This document shows, one piece after another, positions 17,430-25,732 of a stretch of DNA of 30,650 bases. The notes beneath the pieces are model-generated. The model was not told where the DNA came from, did not search any database, and was given only the letters and a program-made list of their open reading frames with translations. The translations under genes were made by a program, and so were the position numbers. The DNA is taken from contig SLRI01000327.1 in the NCBI GenBank assembly GCA_007131045.1, positions 1 to 30,650 of the forward strand, written 5' to 3'. This DNA comes from Rhodospirillales bacterium (GTDB taxonomy: Bacteria > Pseudomonadota > Alphaproteobacteria > Geminicoccales > Geminicoccaceae). Numbering within the stretch: the first letter of the stretch is position 1; every line of letters starts with the position of its first letter.

Positions 17430-18785
17430 TCAGATCGTGAGGTTCAAGCGGCCGATCGAGGCCGCGAGGTCGCGTGGTGCCGGCCCGTCGGCGGGCGAGG
17501 CGGCGGGCCCGGCGTCGTCAGCGTCCGGCTCGTGCGCCGGATCGCCGGGCATGTCTTCGTGGTCGGCACCCCGATGGTCGCGCCGCTCGCCGCTCATCAG
17601 CCCGAACTCGAGCCCGGCATCGGCGAGGTCGATCCCCTGTTGGGCCAGCAGCCGCTGCAGCTCGCGACTCTCGCCGCGCAACAGCTCGAGGGTCTCCGGC
17701 CGCTCGACCTGGATGACCACGGCGAGCCGGCGCTCGATGTCGAACTCGAGGGCGATCTCGATCGCGCCGAGGGCCTTGGGGGCGAGCTGGATGGTCAAGC
17801 GCTGCAGCTCGCCGCCGACGGCCCGCTCGATGGCCGCTGCCAGTTGGCGAACCATCGGGGCGGCCTCGGCGGCCGTCGACTCCGCCAACACCGCTGTTGC
17901 TGGCGCCGAGCCGGTCGGCGTTAATGCGGGACTCCGCAAGCCCGTCACCTCGGACAGGTCCTGCCAGTCGGCTTGCAGCATGATCGGGCCGAGCCGGCCG
18001 CCCGCGGTGCTGAAGAGCGGGCCCGGCATCGGCGACCGTACGGCGATCGTCGACGCATCAGCTGGCGCGCTGCCGCCAGCGGTCGTCAGCCGCGGCAGCC
18101 CGTCTCGCTGCGGCTGAACCGGTCCGGGCGAACGCTCGCCGGCCGGGCGCTGCTCGGCGCGCCCGGCCGGACGAGCAGCCGTCTCGGCCATGTTCGAATG
18201 GGTCGCGGTCGGCGGGGTTGCGATCGGCGCCCGATCGGCCGGCGCCCGATCGGCCGGCGAAGATGTGAACGGGCTGGCAGGGTTCGCGGCCGGCTCGACG
18301 GTCGGCTTCTGGAACGCCGCTGCATCGCCGCTCGGCCGCACGTCTCGGGCAGGCTCGCCGGCCTTCGGCTCGGGGGCCGCCGGTGCGGGTGGCGATAGCG
18401 AGGTCGGGCCGAGGCGGCTGGCCGGGACAGCGTCGGGCGTCTTCGCTGGCGGCTCGCGCAGCTCTGTCTTCGGCGCCTCGCTGCCGGGGTGACCGGCCGG
18501 GCGCTCGCCCGTGGCTCGCCTGTCGGCCTCGGGCGCCGTCTCGTCGTCGCCGATCGGTGCTTCGAGCCCGGCCTCGCCATCCTCGGGCGCCGTCTCGGCT
18601 TCGGCGGCGGCGAGCCAGAGCGGCCGCGTCGGCTCCAGCGGCGTCATGGCCGGCACGGCGATGCCCATCAGGCCCGCGAGCAGCGCCTCGAAGCCGTCGC
18701 CCGGGGCGAGCGGTCGGTCCGCGGCATCGCCAGCCGCTTCTGGCGGGCGGATCGAGGGGATGGTGGAGGCGTTGATCTGCAGCAT
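17430..18785 (-). CDS. fliK: Flagellar hook-length control protein FliK
   Basis: Long Pro/Ala-rich N-region and C-terminal IQLAPKALGAIEI...ERPETLELLR...LQRLLAQQG domain; directly upstream of flgD-flgE. Confidence 0.85.
   Translation of the reverse strand: MLQINASTIPSIRPPEAAGDAADRPLAPGDGFEALLAGLMGIAVPAMTPLEPTRPLWLAAAEAETAPEDGEAGLEAPIGDDETAPEADRRATGERPAGHPGSEAPKTELREPPAKTPDAVPASRLGPTSLSPPAPAAPEPKAGEPARDVRPSGDAAAFQKPTVEPAANPASPFTSSPADRAPADRAPIATPPTATHSNMAETAARPAGRAEQRPAGERSPGPVQPQRDGLPRLTTAGGSAPADASTIAVRSPMPGPLFSTAGGRLGPIMLQADWQDLSEVTGLRSPALTPTGSAPATAVLAESTAAEAAPMVRQLAAAIERAVGGELQRLTIQLAPKALGAIEIALEFDIERRLAVVIQVERPETLELLRGESRELQRLLAQQGIDLADAGLEFGLMSGERRDHRGADHEDMPGDPAHEPDADDAGPAASPADGPAPRDLAASIGRLNLTI
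18225..18259. repeat. 15-bp in-frame tandem repeat in fliK (about 2.3 copies)
   Basis: CGGCGCCCGATCGGC twice plus CGGCG; encodes PADRA-PADRA. Confidence 0.8.
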
Positions 18786-18799
18786 GGCAGACCACTGTC

Positions 18800-18815
18800 A
18801 GCAACCGGCGTGCCA
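18800..18815 (-). promoter_or_regulatory. Sigma54 (-24/-12) promoter of fliK-flgD-flgE
   Basis: Minus strand reads TGGCAC-GCCGG-TTGCT, matching the consensus exactly. Confidence 0.85.
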
Positions 18816-18881
18816 AACCCGAAAACCCGTGCGCCCCGGGCGATCGCTCGGCTCGCTCTGTCGTTCGCGGTCGCCCTTGCC

Positions 18882-18944
18882 CGGCAAATCCTGCCGCCAC
18901 GGGGCCGATCTTGCCGAGTGCGCCGGTTCCGCCAGGATTGGCCG
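18882..18944. promoter_or_regulatory. Three ftr-like (FlbD-type) enhancer sites
   Basis: CGGCA-AATCC-TGCCG (18882-18896), GGGCC-GATCT-TGCCG (18902-18916) and CGCCA-GGATT-GGCCG (18930-18944), about 65-130 bp upstream of the sigma54 promoter. Confidence 0.6.
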
Positions 18945-18990
18945 GGCGGTCCGCCTTCGACTCGGTCGTCGCGATAGCGCCGCTGGCGGT

Positions 18991-19407
18991 TCAGTCGTCG
19001 CGGTAGCTGCGCTCGCGGCGCTCATGGCGCTCCTGCGCCTCGATGCTCAAGGTGGCGATCGGTCGGGCGTCGAGACGCTTGAGGCCGATCGGCTCCTGCG
19101 TCTCCTCGCAATAGCCGTAGCTGCCGTCCTCGATCCGCTGCAGGGCCGCCTGGATCTTGGCCAAGAGCTTGCGTTCGCGGTCGCGGGTCTTGAGCTCGAA
19201 GGCGCGCTGCACCTCGGAGCTCGCCCAGTCGCTGGCGTCCGCCGGCCGACTGTCGTCTTCCTGCAGCTGCTTCAGTGTCAGACCGGAGCCGCGGACCAGT
19301 TCGTCGCGCCAAGCCAGGAGCTTGCGGCGGAAGTATTCCACCTGGCGCGGATTCATGTAGGGCTCGTCCTCGGTCGGCCGGTATTCGGTGTCGAGCGACT
19401 GCGCCAT
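18991..19407 (-). CDS. dksA: RNA polymerase-binding protein DksA
   Basis: YRPTEDEPYMNPRQVEYFRRKL, DxxDxA tip (DASDWA), RDRERKLL.KI..AL.RIEDGSYGYCEET.EPIGLKRLDARPIATLS. Single-Cys alphaproteobacterial type. Confidence 0.9.
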   Translation of the reverse strand: MAQSLDTEYRPTEDEPYMNPRQVEYFRRKLLAWRDELVRGSGLTLKQLQEDDSRPADASDWASSEVQRAFELKTRDRERKLLAKIQAALQRIEDGSYGYCEETQEPIGLKRLDARPIATLSIEAQERHERRERSYRDD

Positions 19408-19607
19408 GCGACCCTCCAAAATGTCGTCGAGAAACCCGTCGCTCTGCACTCCCGGCGAACAGACCCGAGCCTGCCGCCTGGTCGTCGAATTCCCCCGAGA
19501 GCGAGGACCCCTTAGCGAAGGCACGAGGCCGGCGCAACCGAAAGCGGCAGCCTGATGCCCTAACGTAACCGTTTTGAAATAATCGCTTTTCGTCTACTTT
19601 GAAAAGC

Positions 19608-20381
19608 TCACCAGCCGGTCGCGTGGCGGCAGCGCAGAGCGCAGGCCGCCGGCCGCGAAAAGCGCACCCGTTCGAGGTGCGGGCCGAGGGTGTCGAGGTG
19701 CAGGAGCGTGCCCGAAAGTTCGGGGCCCAGACCGATCAGCGTCTTGATCACCTGGGTCGCCATGAGACTGCCCATCAGCCCGGCCGCGGGGCCGAGCACG
19801 CCCGCCTGGGCACAGCTCGGCAGGCTCTGGGCGTCCTCGAGGCCGCCGAACAGGCAGTAGAGGCAGGGATGCGCCGGGCCGTCATAGGCGCGGTAGAGGG
19901 TGAGCTGGCCGTCCACACCCTGCACCGAGCCCGAGACCAGCGGCCGGCGGGCGCGCATCGTGGCGTCGTGGACGACGCGGCGGGTCGCCACGTTGTCGGT
20001 GCCGTCGGCGACGAGGTCGTAGGGCTCGATCAGTGCTGCGGCGTTGGTCGCGTCGATGCGCACGGCCAGCGGGTCGAGACGGGTGCGCGACGAGAGGGCG
20101 CCGAGACGTTCGGCGGCCGCCTCGACCTTGGGCCGGCCGACATCAGCCTCGCTGTAGATTACCTGGCGGTGCAGGTTGGTCTCGTCGACGCGATCGTCGT
20201 CGAGCAGGCCGAGCCGGCCGACCCCGGCTGCCGCGAGATAGAGGGCCAATGGTGCGCCCAGGCCGCCCATGCCGACGACGAGGACCGCCGATTCGAGCAG
20301 CCGGGCCTGGCCGGTGCCGCCGATCTCCGGCAGGACGATGTGCCGGGCGTAGCGCCGCAGCGCCGCGTCGGTCAGGTTCAA
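19608..20381 (-). CDS. moeB: MoeB/ThiF family adenylyltransferase
   Basis: RYARHIVLPEIG..GQ, VVGMGGLG, DDDRVDETNLHRQ, DGTDN, CLYC, C-terminal CxxxC. TTG start. Confidence 0.85.
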   Translation of the reverse strand: MNLTDAALRRYARHIVLPEIGGTGQARLLESAVLVVGMGGLGAPLALYLAAAGVGRLGLLDDDRVDETNLHRQVIYSEADVGRPKVEAAAERLGALSSRTRLDPLAVRIDATNAAALIEPYDLVADGTDNVATRRVVHDATMRARRPLVSGSVQGVDGQLTLYRAYDGPAHPCLYCLFGGLEDAQSLPSCAQAGVLGPAAGLMGSLMATQVIKTLIGLGPELSGTLLHLDTLGPHLERVRFSRPAACALRCRHATGW

Positions 20382-20410
20382 GGTGAGCTCTCCGCGTTTT
20401 CGGCTGCACG

Positions 20411-20426
20411 TTAACCGCGTCTTAAC
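20411..20426. promoter_or_regulatory. CtrA binding site between moeB and the FlhB-like operon
   Basis: TTAA-CCGCGTC-TTAAC, exact consensus. Confidence 0.88.
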
Positions 20427-20478
20427 CCTGATCGCCTAGCGTCGCCATCGATCACGAGACGCGAGAGGGGCGAAGCGG

Positions 20479-20766
20479 ATGATCGACGAGCAGGCGCGGG
20501 CGGTGGCCCTGCGCTACCATCCCGAGCAGGGCGAGCTGCCCGAGGTCACGGCCAAGGGCCAGGGCGCCATCGCCGCCCAGATCAGGGCGATCGCGGCCGA
20601 GCGCGGCATTCCGGTCGAGCGCGATGCGGATCTGGTGGCCGTGCTCGACAAGCTGGATGTCGGCAGCTCCATTCCAGCCGTGGCCTTCGCCGCCGTGGCC
20701 GAGATCCTGGCCCAGCTCTACCGGGCCAATGCCGAGGCGGCTTCTGCTGGCGAGGTGGCGCGATGA
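20479..20766 (+). CDS. Stand-alone FlhB/EscU cytoplasmic-domain protein
   Basis: AVALRY...PEVTAKGQG.IA.QI..IA.ERGIPV..D..L...L..LDVG..IP...F.AVAEILAQLY; no transmembrane part and no NPTH. Confidence 0.85.
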   Translation: MIDEQARAVALRYHPEQGELPEVTAKGQGAIAAQIRAIAAERGIPVERDADLVAVLDKLDVGSSIPAVAFAAVAEILAQLYRANAEAASAGEVAR

Positions 20767-21089
20767 CCAGTAGCGCGCAGCTGCAGCTGGCCCGCGTTTG
20801 TGGCGAGCTCGTGACGGCGGTCGCGATCGCCAGGGCGACCATCGAGCACGGCGGCAATCCCGACCTCGAGGCCCTGGTCGAGCGGTTGCGCCAGCTCTTG
20901 GACGAGATCGGCGCCGTGCCCGCGGCCGAGCAGCGGGCGCTGTTGCCGAGGTTGATGGGGCTCGCCGAGGAGATCGAGGCCCTGGGCGGCACGATCGACG
21001 CCGAGCGCCGGCGGTGCCGCGAGGCGCTGGCCAAGGGCGGGGCGAGTGCCCGGGCCATCGCCGCCTACGCCAAGACCGACCTCAACTGA
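20763..21089 (+). CDS. Hypothetical alpha-helical protein in the flagellar export operon
   Basis: ATGA overlap with the upstream gene, host-like codon usage, amphipathic helices. Confidence 0.7.
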   Translation: MTSSAQLQLARVCGELVTAVAIARATIEHGGNPDLEALVERLRQLLDEIGAVPAAEQRALLPRLMGLAEEIEALGGTIDAERRRCREALAKGGASARAIAAYAKTDLN

Positions 21090-21107
21090 GCCGGGACGGC
21101 GCCGCCG

Positions 21108-21395
21108 ATGCTCGAGCTCGCCGATCTCAGCCGGACCGTCATGGGCCTCGGCATCGTCCTCTTGCTGCTCGCCGTGGTGTTCTGGCTGCTGCGCCGTTTC
21201 GGGCCGCACGCGACGGGGATGCCGGGCGGCGGTGCCCGGCGTCTGGCCCTGGTCGAGAGCCTCGCCCTCGATCCGCGCACCCGGCTCCTGCTGGTCCGGC
21301 AGGACGAGGTCGAGCATCTGCTCGTCGTCTCCTCGACCGGCAGCACGACGCTCGTTCGCACGAAAATGCCGGCGTCGCCCGGAGAGCAGCCGTGA
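21108..21395 (+). CDS. fliO: Flagellar biosynthesis protein FliO
   Basis: One TM helix, then RRLALVESLALDPRTRLLLVRQDEVEHLLVV; precedes fliP. Confidence 0.85.
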   Translation: MLELADLSRTVMGLGIVLLLLAVVFWLLRRFGPHATGMPGGGARRLALVESLALDPRTRLLLVRQDEVEHLLVVSSTGSTTLVRTKMPASPGEQP

Positions 21396-22123
21396 GCCGA
21401 TGGCTTCTGCCGGCCCTTCTCCTCTTGCTGCCGGGCTCGGCAGCAGCGCAGGCCTTGACCATCGATCTCGGCGGTGACGGGACCGCGACCGGCCAGATCA
21501 TCCGTCTGGTGCTGCTGATCACCGTCCTCTCGCTGGCCCCCTCGATCCTCTTGATGGTGACCTCGTTCACCCGGATCGTCATCGTCCTGTCCTTCCTACG
21601 CACCGCGCTGGGGCTGCAGCAGAGCCCGCCCAACTCGGTGCTCGTCAGCCTCGCTCTGTTCCTCACGCTGTTCATCATGATGCCGGTCTTCGAGCGGGCC
21701 TGGGAGGACGGGATCGGGCCGCTGATCGCCGAGGAGATCGACGAGATGGAGGCAATGGAGCGGACCGCGGCACCGTTTCACGCCTTCATGCGCAGCCAGG
21801 TCCGGGACAAGGACCTGGCACTCTTCTACGACATCGCCGAGATCGCACCGTCCCTGGATCCCGCAGCCGCGCCGTTTCGCGTGCTGGTGCCGGCCTTCAT
21901 GATCAGCGAGCTCCGGCGGGCGTTCGAAATCGGCTTTTTGATCTTCATCCCGTTCTTGATCATCGACATGGTGGTCGCCTCCATCTTGATGTCGATGGGC
22001 ATGATGATGCTGCCGCCGGTGGTCATCTCCTTGCCCTTCAAGGTGATCTTCTTCGTGCTGGTCGACGGCTGGCTTTTGGTGGTGGGCTCGCTCGTCGAGA
22101 GCTTCGGCAGCATACCTTTATAG
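21392..22123 (+). CDS. fliP: Flagellar export gate protein FliP
   Basis: LSLAPSILLMVTSFTRIVIVLS.LRTALGLQQSPPN, PAFMISELRRAFEIGF, MGMMMLPP..ISLPFK. GTG 21392 overlaps the fliO stop. Confidence 0.95.
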   Translation: MSRWLLPALLLLLPGSAAAQALTIDLGGDGTATGQIIRLVLLITVLSLAPSILLMVTSFTRIVIVLSFLRTALGLQQSPPNSVLVSLALFLTLFIMMPVFERAWEDGIGPLIAEEIDEMEAMERTAAPFHAFMRSQVRDKDLALFYDIAEIAPSLDPAAAPFRVLVPAFMISELRRAFEIGFLIFIPFLIIDMVVASILMSMGMMMLPPVVISLPFKVIFFVLVDGWLLVVGSLVESFGSIPL

Positions 22124-22177
22124 CCGAGCCGTCTGGTGCTAGGCTGATCGCCGGTTTTGCACGAGACGGAATGGACC

Positions 22178-23593
22178 ATGGCAGTGGCGATGGCGCGACC
22201 GCGGCTCGAGGCTGCGGGCTCGGCTCCGGTGATCGACGAGCTGCGGGGCCTCTTGGGCGAGCGGCTGATCACCAACCGGGTGATCCTCGAGCAGCACGGG
22301 CGGGGCGAGGGGCCCTATGACGGGGCGGCACCCGAGGCCGTGGCCATGGTCCGCTCGACCGCCGAGGCGGCGACGATCGTGGCCGCCTGCAACGCCGCCC
22401 GGCTGCCGGTCACGGCGTTCGGCGTCGGAACCTCGCTCGAGGGCCACGTGGCCGCCCTCGAAGGCGGAATCTGCCTCGATTTCTCGGAGATGAACCGGGT
22501 TCTCGAGGTCTCGATCGAGGATCTGGATTGCAAGGTCGAGGCCGGGGTACGGCGGCGCCAGCTCAACGAGGAGCTGCGCCACTCGGGCGTCTTCTTTCCG
22601 GTCGACCCGGGTGCCGATGCGACCCTGGGCGGGATGGCCGCGACCCGGGCGTCGGGCACCAACGCCGTGCGCTACGGCACCATGCGCGAGCTGGTCCTGG
22701 GCCTTACCGCGGTCATGGCCGACGGGCGGATCGTCGAGACCGGGGGCCGGGCCAGGAAGAGTGCCGCGGGCTATGACCTGACCCGGCTGCTGATCGGCTC
22801 GGAGGGCACGCTCGGCATCATCACCGAGCTCCGGCTCAGGCTGTTCGGCATCCCCGAAGCCGTCTCGGCGGCGGTCGCCACCTTTCCCTCGGTCGAGGCG
22901 GCCGTCGAGACGGTGATGCTGACCATTCAGACCGGCATCCCGATCGCCCGGATCGAGCTCTTGGACGAGGTTCAGATGCGCGCCTGCATCGCCTATTCCA
23001 AGCTCGACGAGTTCGCCGCCGCACCGACGCTCTTCTTCGAGTTCCACGGCAGCGACGCCGGAGTGCGCGAGCAGGCCGAGGCGGTGGAAGCCATCGCCAA
23101 GGAGTTCGGCGGGGCGGATTTTCGCTGGTCGACCAAGACCGAGGAGCGCAATCGGCTCTGGCAAGCCCGCCACGATGCCTATTATGCCGCGGTGGCGACC
23201 AGGCCCGGCTGTCGGGGCTGGGCGACCGATGTCTGCGTGCCGATCTCCAGGCTCGCGCAATGCATCGTCGAGACGCAGGAGGACGTTGCCGAGGCTGGGC
23301 TGCTGGCACCACTCGTCGGCCATGTCGGCGACGGCAATTTCCACCTCCTCTTCCTCCTCGACCCGGACGATCCGGACGAACTCGCCCGGGCCAAGGCTGC
23401 CAATGCGCGGCTGATCGACCGGGCGCTGGCGATGGGCGGGACCTGCACGGGCGAGCACGGCATCGGCTTCGGCAAGATCGCCAGCCTCGAGCGCGAGCAT
23501 CCCTCCGGCATCGATGTCATGCGCACCATCAAGCGGGCGCTGGACCCGCACAACATCCTCAATCCCGGCAAGGTGATCAGGCTCGATCCCTGA
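22178..23593 (+). CDS. FAD-linked oxidase, D-lactate dehydrogenase/GlcD family
   Basis: FGVGTSLEGH, FPVDPGADATLGGMAATRASGTNAVRYG, GSEGTLG, HVGDGNFH, GEHGIG, LDPHNILNPGK. Confidence 0.9.
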   Translation: MAVAMARPRLEAAGSAPVIDELRGLLGERLITNRVILEQHGRGEGPYDGAAPEAVAMVRSTAEAATIVAACNAARLPVTAFGVGTSLEGHVAALEGGICLDFSEMNRVLEVSIEDLDCKVEAGVRRRQLNEELRHSGVFFPVDPGADATLGGMAATRASGTNAVRYGTMRELVLGLTAVMADGRIVETGGRARKSAAGYDLTRLLIGSEGTLGIITELRLRLFGIPEAVSAAVATFPSVEAAVETVMLTIQTGIPIARIELLDEVQMRACIAYSKLDEFAAAPTLFFEFHGSDAGVREQAEAVEAIAKEFGGADFRWSTKTEERNRLWQARHDAYYAAVATRPGCRGWATDVCVPISRLAQCIVETQEDVAEAGLLAPLVGHVGDGNFHLLFLLDPDDPDELARAKAANARLIDRALAMGGTCTGEHGIGFGKIASLEREHPSGIDVMRTIKRALDPHNILNPGKVIRLDP

Positions 23594-23599
23594 GCCGGC

Positions 23600-24508
23600 T
23601 CACCAGGGGGCGAGGTCGGCCGCCACCTCGTGCAGGATGGCGTGCCGCGCCGCCACGATCTCGACATCCGCCGCATAGCCGCCGCCGACCACGACCGCGA
23701 GCGGCCGGCCGCGGGCCCGGCAGGCCTCCAGCACCAGCGCCTCGCGCTCGGCGATGCCCTGATCGGAAAGCGCCAGTCGGCCGAGCCGGTCGTCTTTGTG
23801 CGGGTCGACGCCGGCATTGTAGAAGACGAGGTCGGGGGCGAATCGATCGAGTGCCCGCTCGACCACCGGGCGCACGAGGCCCAGATAGTCGCGGTCGCCG
23901 AGGTCGGGATCGACCGCGACGTCGCGGGTGCTCTGCTGCTTTCTGACCGGGAAGTTGGTGCGGCAGTGGACCGAGAGGGTCATCACGCGGGGCTCGTCCT
24001 GGAAGATCAGGGCCGTGCCGTCGCCCTGATGGACGTCGAGATCGATCACCAGGATCCGCCGCAAGCTGCCTTCGGCGAGCAGCACCGCGGCGGCGACGGC
24101 GACGTCGTTGAAGACGCAAAAGCCGGCGCCGGCATCCTGGAACGCGTGGTGACTGCCGCCCGCGGTGTTGCAGGCGAGGCCGTGCTCGAGGGCCAGCCTC
24201 GCGGTCAGCACGGTGCCGGCGACGGCCGAGCGGCTGCGCCGCACGACCTCGGCCGAGAGCGGCAGGCCGAGCCGGCGGACCGCCTCGGGCGCCAAGCGGC
24301 GGTGCAGGACATCGGCCACATAGGCAGCGTCGTGCGCCCGGCGCAGCAAGGCGGCACTGGCCGGCTCGGGCACCAGGCAGCGGGCTTCGGGTGCCAGGCC
24401 GCTCTCCACCAGGCGGCGGAACAGGGCGCCGAATTTGGGCATCGGGAAGCGATGGCCGGCGGGCAGGGGGGCGACATAGGCCGGGTGGTGGACGACGAGC
24501 GGCTGCAT
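23600..24508 (-). CDS. Histone deacetylase family (Zn-dependent) protein
   Basis: HRFPMPKF, GGSHHA, GFCVFND, DLDVHQGDGT, GVDPHKDDRLG and GGGY all intact. Confidence 0.92.
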   Translation of the reverse strand: MQPLVVHHPAYVAPLPAGHRFPMPKFGALFRRLVESGLAPEARCLVPEPASAALLRRAHDAAYVADVLHRRLAPEAVRRLGLPLSAEVVRRSRSAVAGTVLTARLALEHGLACNTAGGSHHAFQDAGAGFCVFNDVAVAAAVLLAEGSLRRILVIDLDVHQGDGTALIFQDEPRVMTLSVHCRTNFPVRKQQSTRDVAVDPDLGDRDYLGLVRPVVERALDRFAPDLVFYNAGVDPHKDDRLGRLALSDQGIAEREALVLEACRARGRPLAVVVGGGYAADVEIVAARHAILHEVAADLAPW

Positions 24509-24631
24509 GGCGGCCAATATGCACCGAGCGCCGCCCGAAGAAAGCCTTGGAGCAAATGGTTGCAATAGCAGAAATTAAATCGTAGGTTGAAATCGCCGAA
24601 TGCGGCCAATCGGTGAGCGGAGGCCGGCAAC

Positions 24632-25732
24632 ATGCGAGATCATAACGACCTTTGGGCCCACGCACCGGGCTTTTGGCTGCACAAGCGTGTCCTGCTGACC
24701 GGCCATACGGGGTTTCTCGGAAGTTGGATCGCCTCCAGGTTGAGTGGACTCGGGGCTGACGTCGTCGGCGTCGCCCGCCTTCCGGCCTCGCCGTCGAGCC
24801 TGTTCGAGCGCGCCGGCCTCGCTGCTGTCGTCACCAGCCGGACGCTCGATCTCAGGCATCGCTCCAGGGTCGAGCAGGTGACGGTCGAGGAGGCACCGGA
24901 GATCGTCATTCATCTCGCGACCGGTGCCGGTGGCATTGGCATCCAAGCTGCTGGCGGCTTGAAGCGGCCGCTCGCCAGCTTCGATGCCAATGCAACCGGC
25001 ACCTTGAACGTCTTGAACGCCCTGCGCCGGGTGCCCGAGGCGCGCGCCGTGGTCGTCGTCACCGATGCCGCGGCCGTGGGGCCCGACCTCTGCCCGTGGC
25101 GCGCCAGCCTGGCTTGCGCCGAACTCGTCGCTCAGAGCTATCGGGCCACCTATCTCTTGCCCGCGGACGGCGTCGGTCTGGCGACCCTCCGGGCCTGCCC
25201 GCTGATCGGCGGCGGCGACGACGGCGACACCGCCTCGCTGTTGCGTGCGACGGCGACCGGTGAAATCGCGCCACACCCACCGCTGGCCACCTTGCCGCAC
25301 GCCTTTCTCCATGTTCTCGACGGCGTCGAGGCTTGCCTCGGGCTCGCGGTGGCACTCTGCCGGGCGCCGGAGCGCTGCGCCCGGACCTGGGCGCTCGGCC
25401 CGCTGGACTCCGAGGCTTGTGGCGTCGCGCTCGCCGAAGCGCTGGGCCGGCCGGCCGTCCCGGCCATCGCTCCGGCGGGTCGAGCGAGCGGGCTCGCTGC
25501 CGCTTCTCCACTTGCTCGGCGTCCGGCCCTCGATGCCGGCACCGCCGTCGCCTGGACCATCGAGGGTTACCGGCGGCTGGCGCGCGAGGCGCATGCCGGC
25601 TTTCTCGTCGAGCAGATCGATCGCCTGGCGACACTCGGCGCCACCCCTTCCACCAGCGGCGCGGCCGCCATGGCCGCATCGTCGTCACCGGCTGTCAACG
25701 CGAAAGCTCGAGATGTCCTGCTTACTGCCTGA
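24632..25732 (+). CDS. CDP-glucose 4,6-dehydratase (RfbG)-like protein, active site degenerate
   Basis: FW..KRVLLTGHTGFLGSW, SLFE, PEIVIHLA, CAELV, GVGLATLRA..IGGGD and HVL match the RfbG scaffold, but YxxxK reads WRASL. Confidence 0.8.
   Translation: MRDHNDLWAHAPGFWLHKRVLLTGHTGFLGSWIASRLSGLGADVVGVARLPASPSSLFERAGLAAVVTSRTLDLRHRSRVEQVTVEEAPEIVIHLATGAGGIGIQAAGGLKRPLASFDANATGTLNVLNALRRVPEARAVVVVTDAAAVGPDLCPWRASLACAELVAQSYRATYLLPADGVGLATLRACPLIGGGDDGDTASLLRATATGEIAPHPPLATLPHAFLHVLDGVEACLGLAVALCRAPERCARTWALGPLDSEACGVALAEALGRPAVPAIAPAGRASGLAAASPLARRPALDAGTAVAWTIEGYRRLAREAHAGFLVEQIDRLATLGATPSTSGAAAMAASSSPAVNAKARDVLLTA

Noticed and set aside
17921-17924. Isolated TTAA inside fliK
   Set aside because: No second half-site at N7 and it is intragenic.
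16135-18117. Long ORFs antisense to or overlapping real genes (e.g. 16135-18117 +, 25722-27983 -, 13397-15007 -, 3473-4939 +)
   Set aside because: Shadow frames expected at 70% GC; they lie opposite genes with clear family motifs and carry none of their own.
24548-24563. Sigma54-like TGGAGCAAATGGTTGC before the polysaccharide genes
   Set aside because: GG-to-GC spacing is one base too long, and sigma54 spacing is strict.
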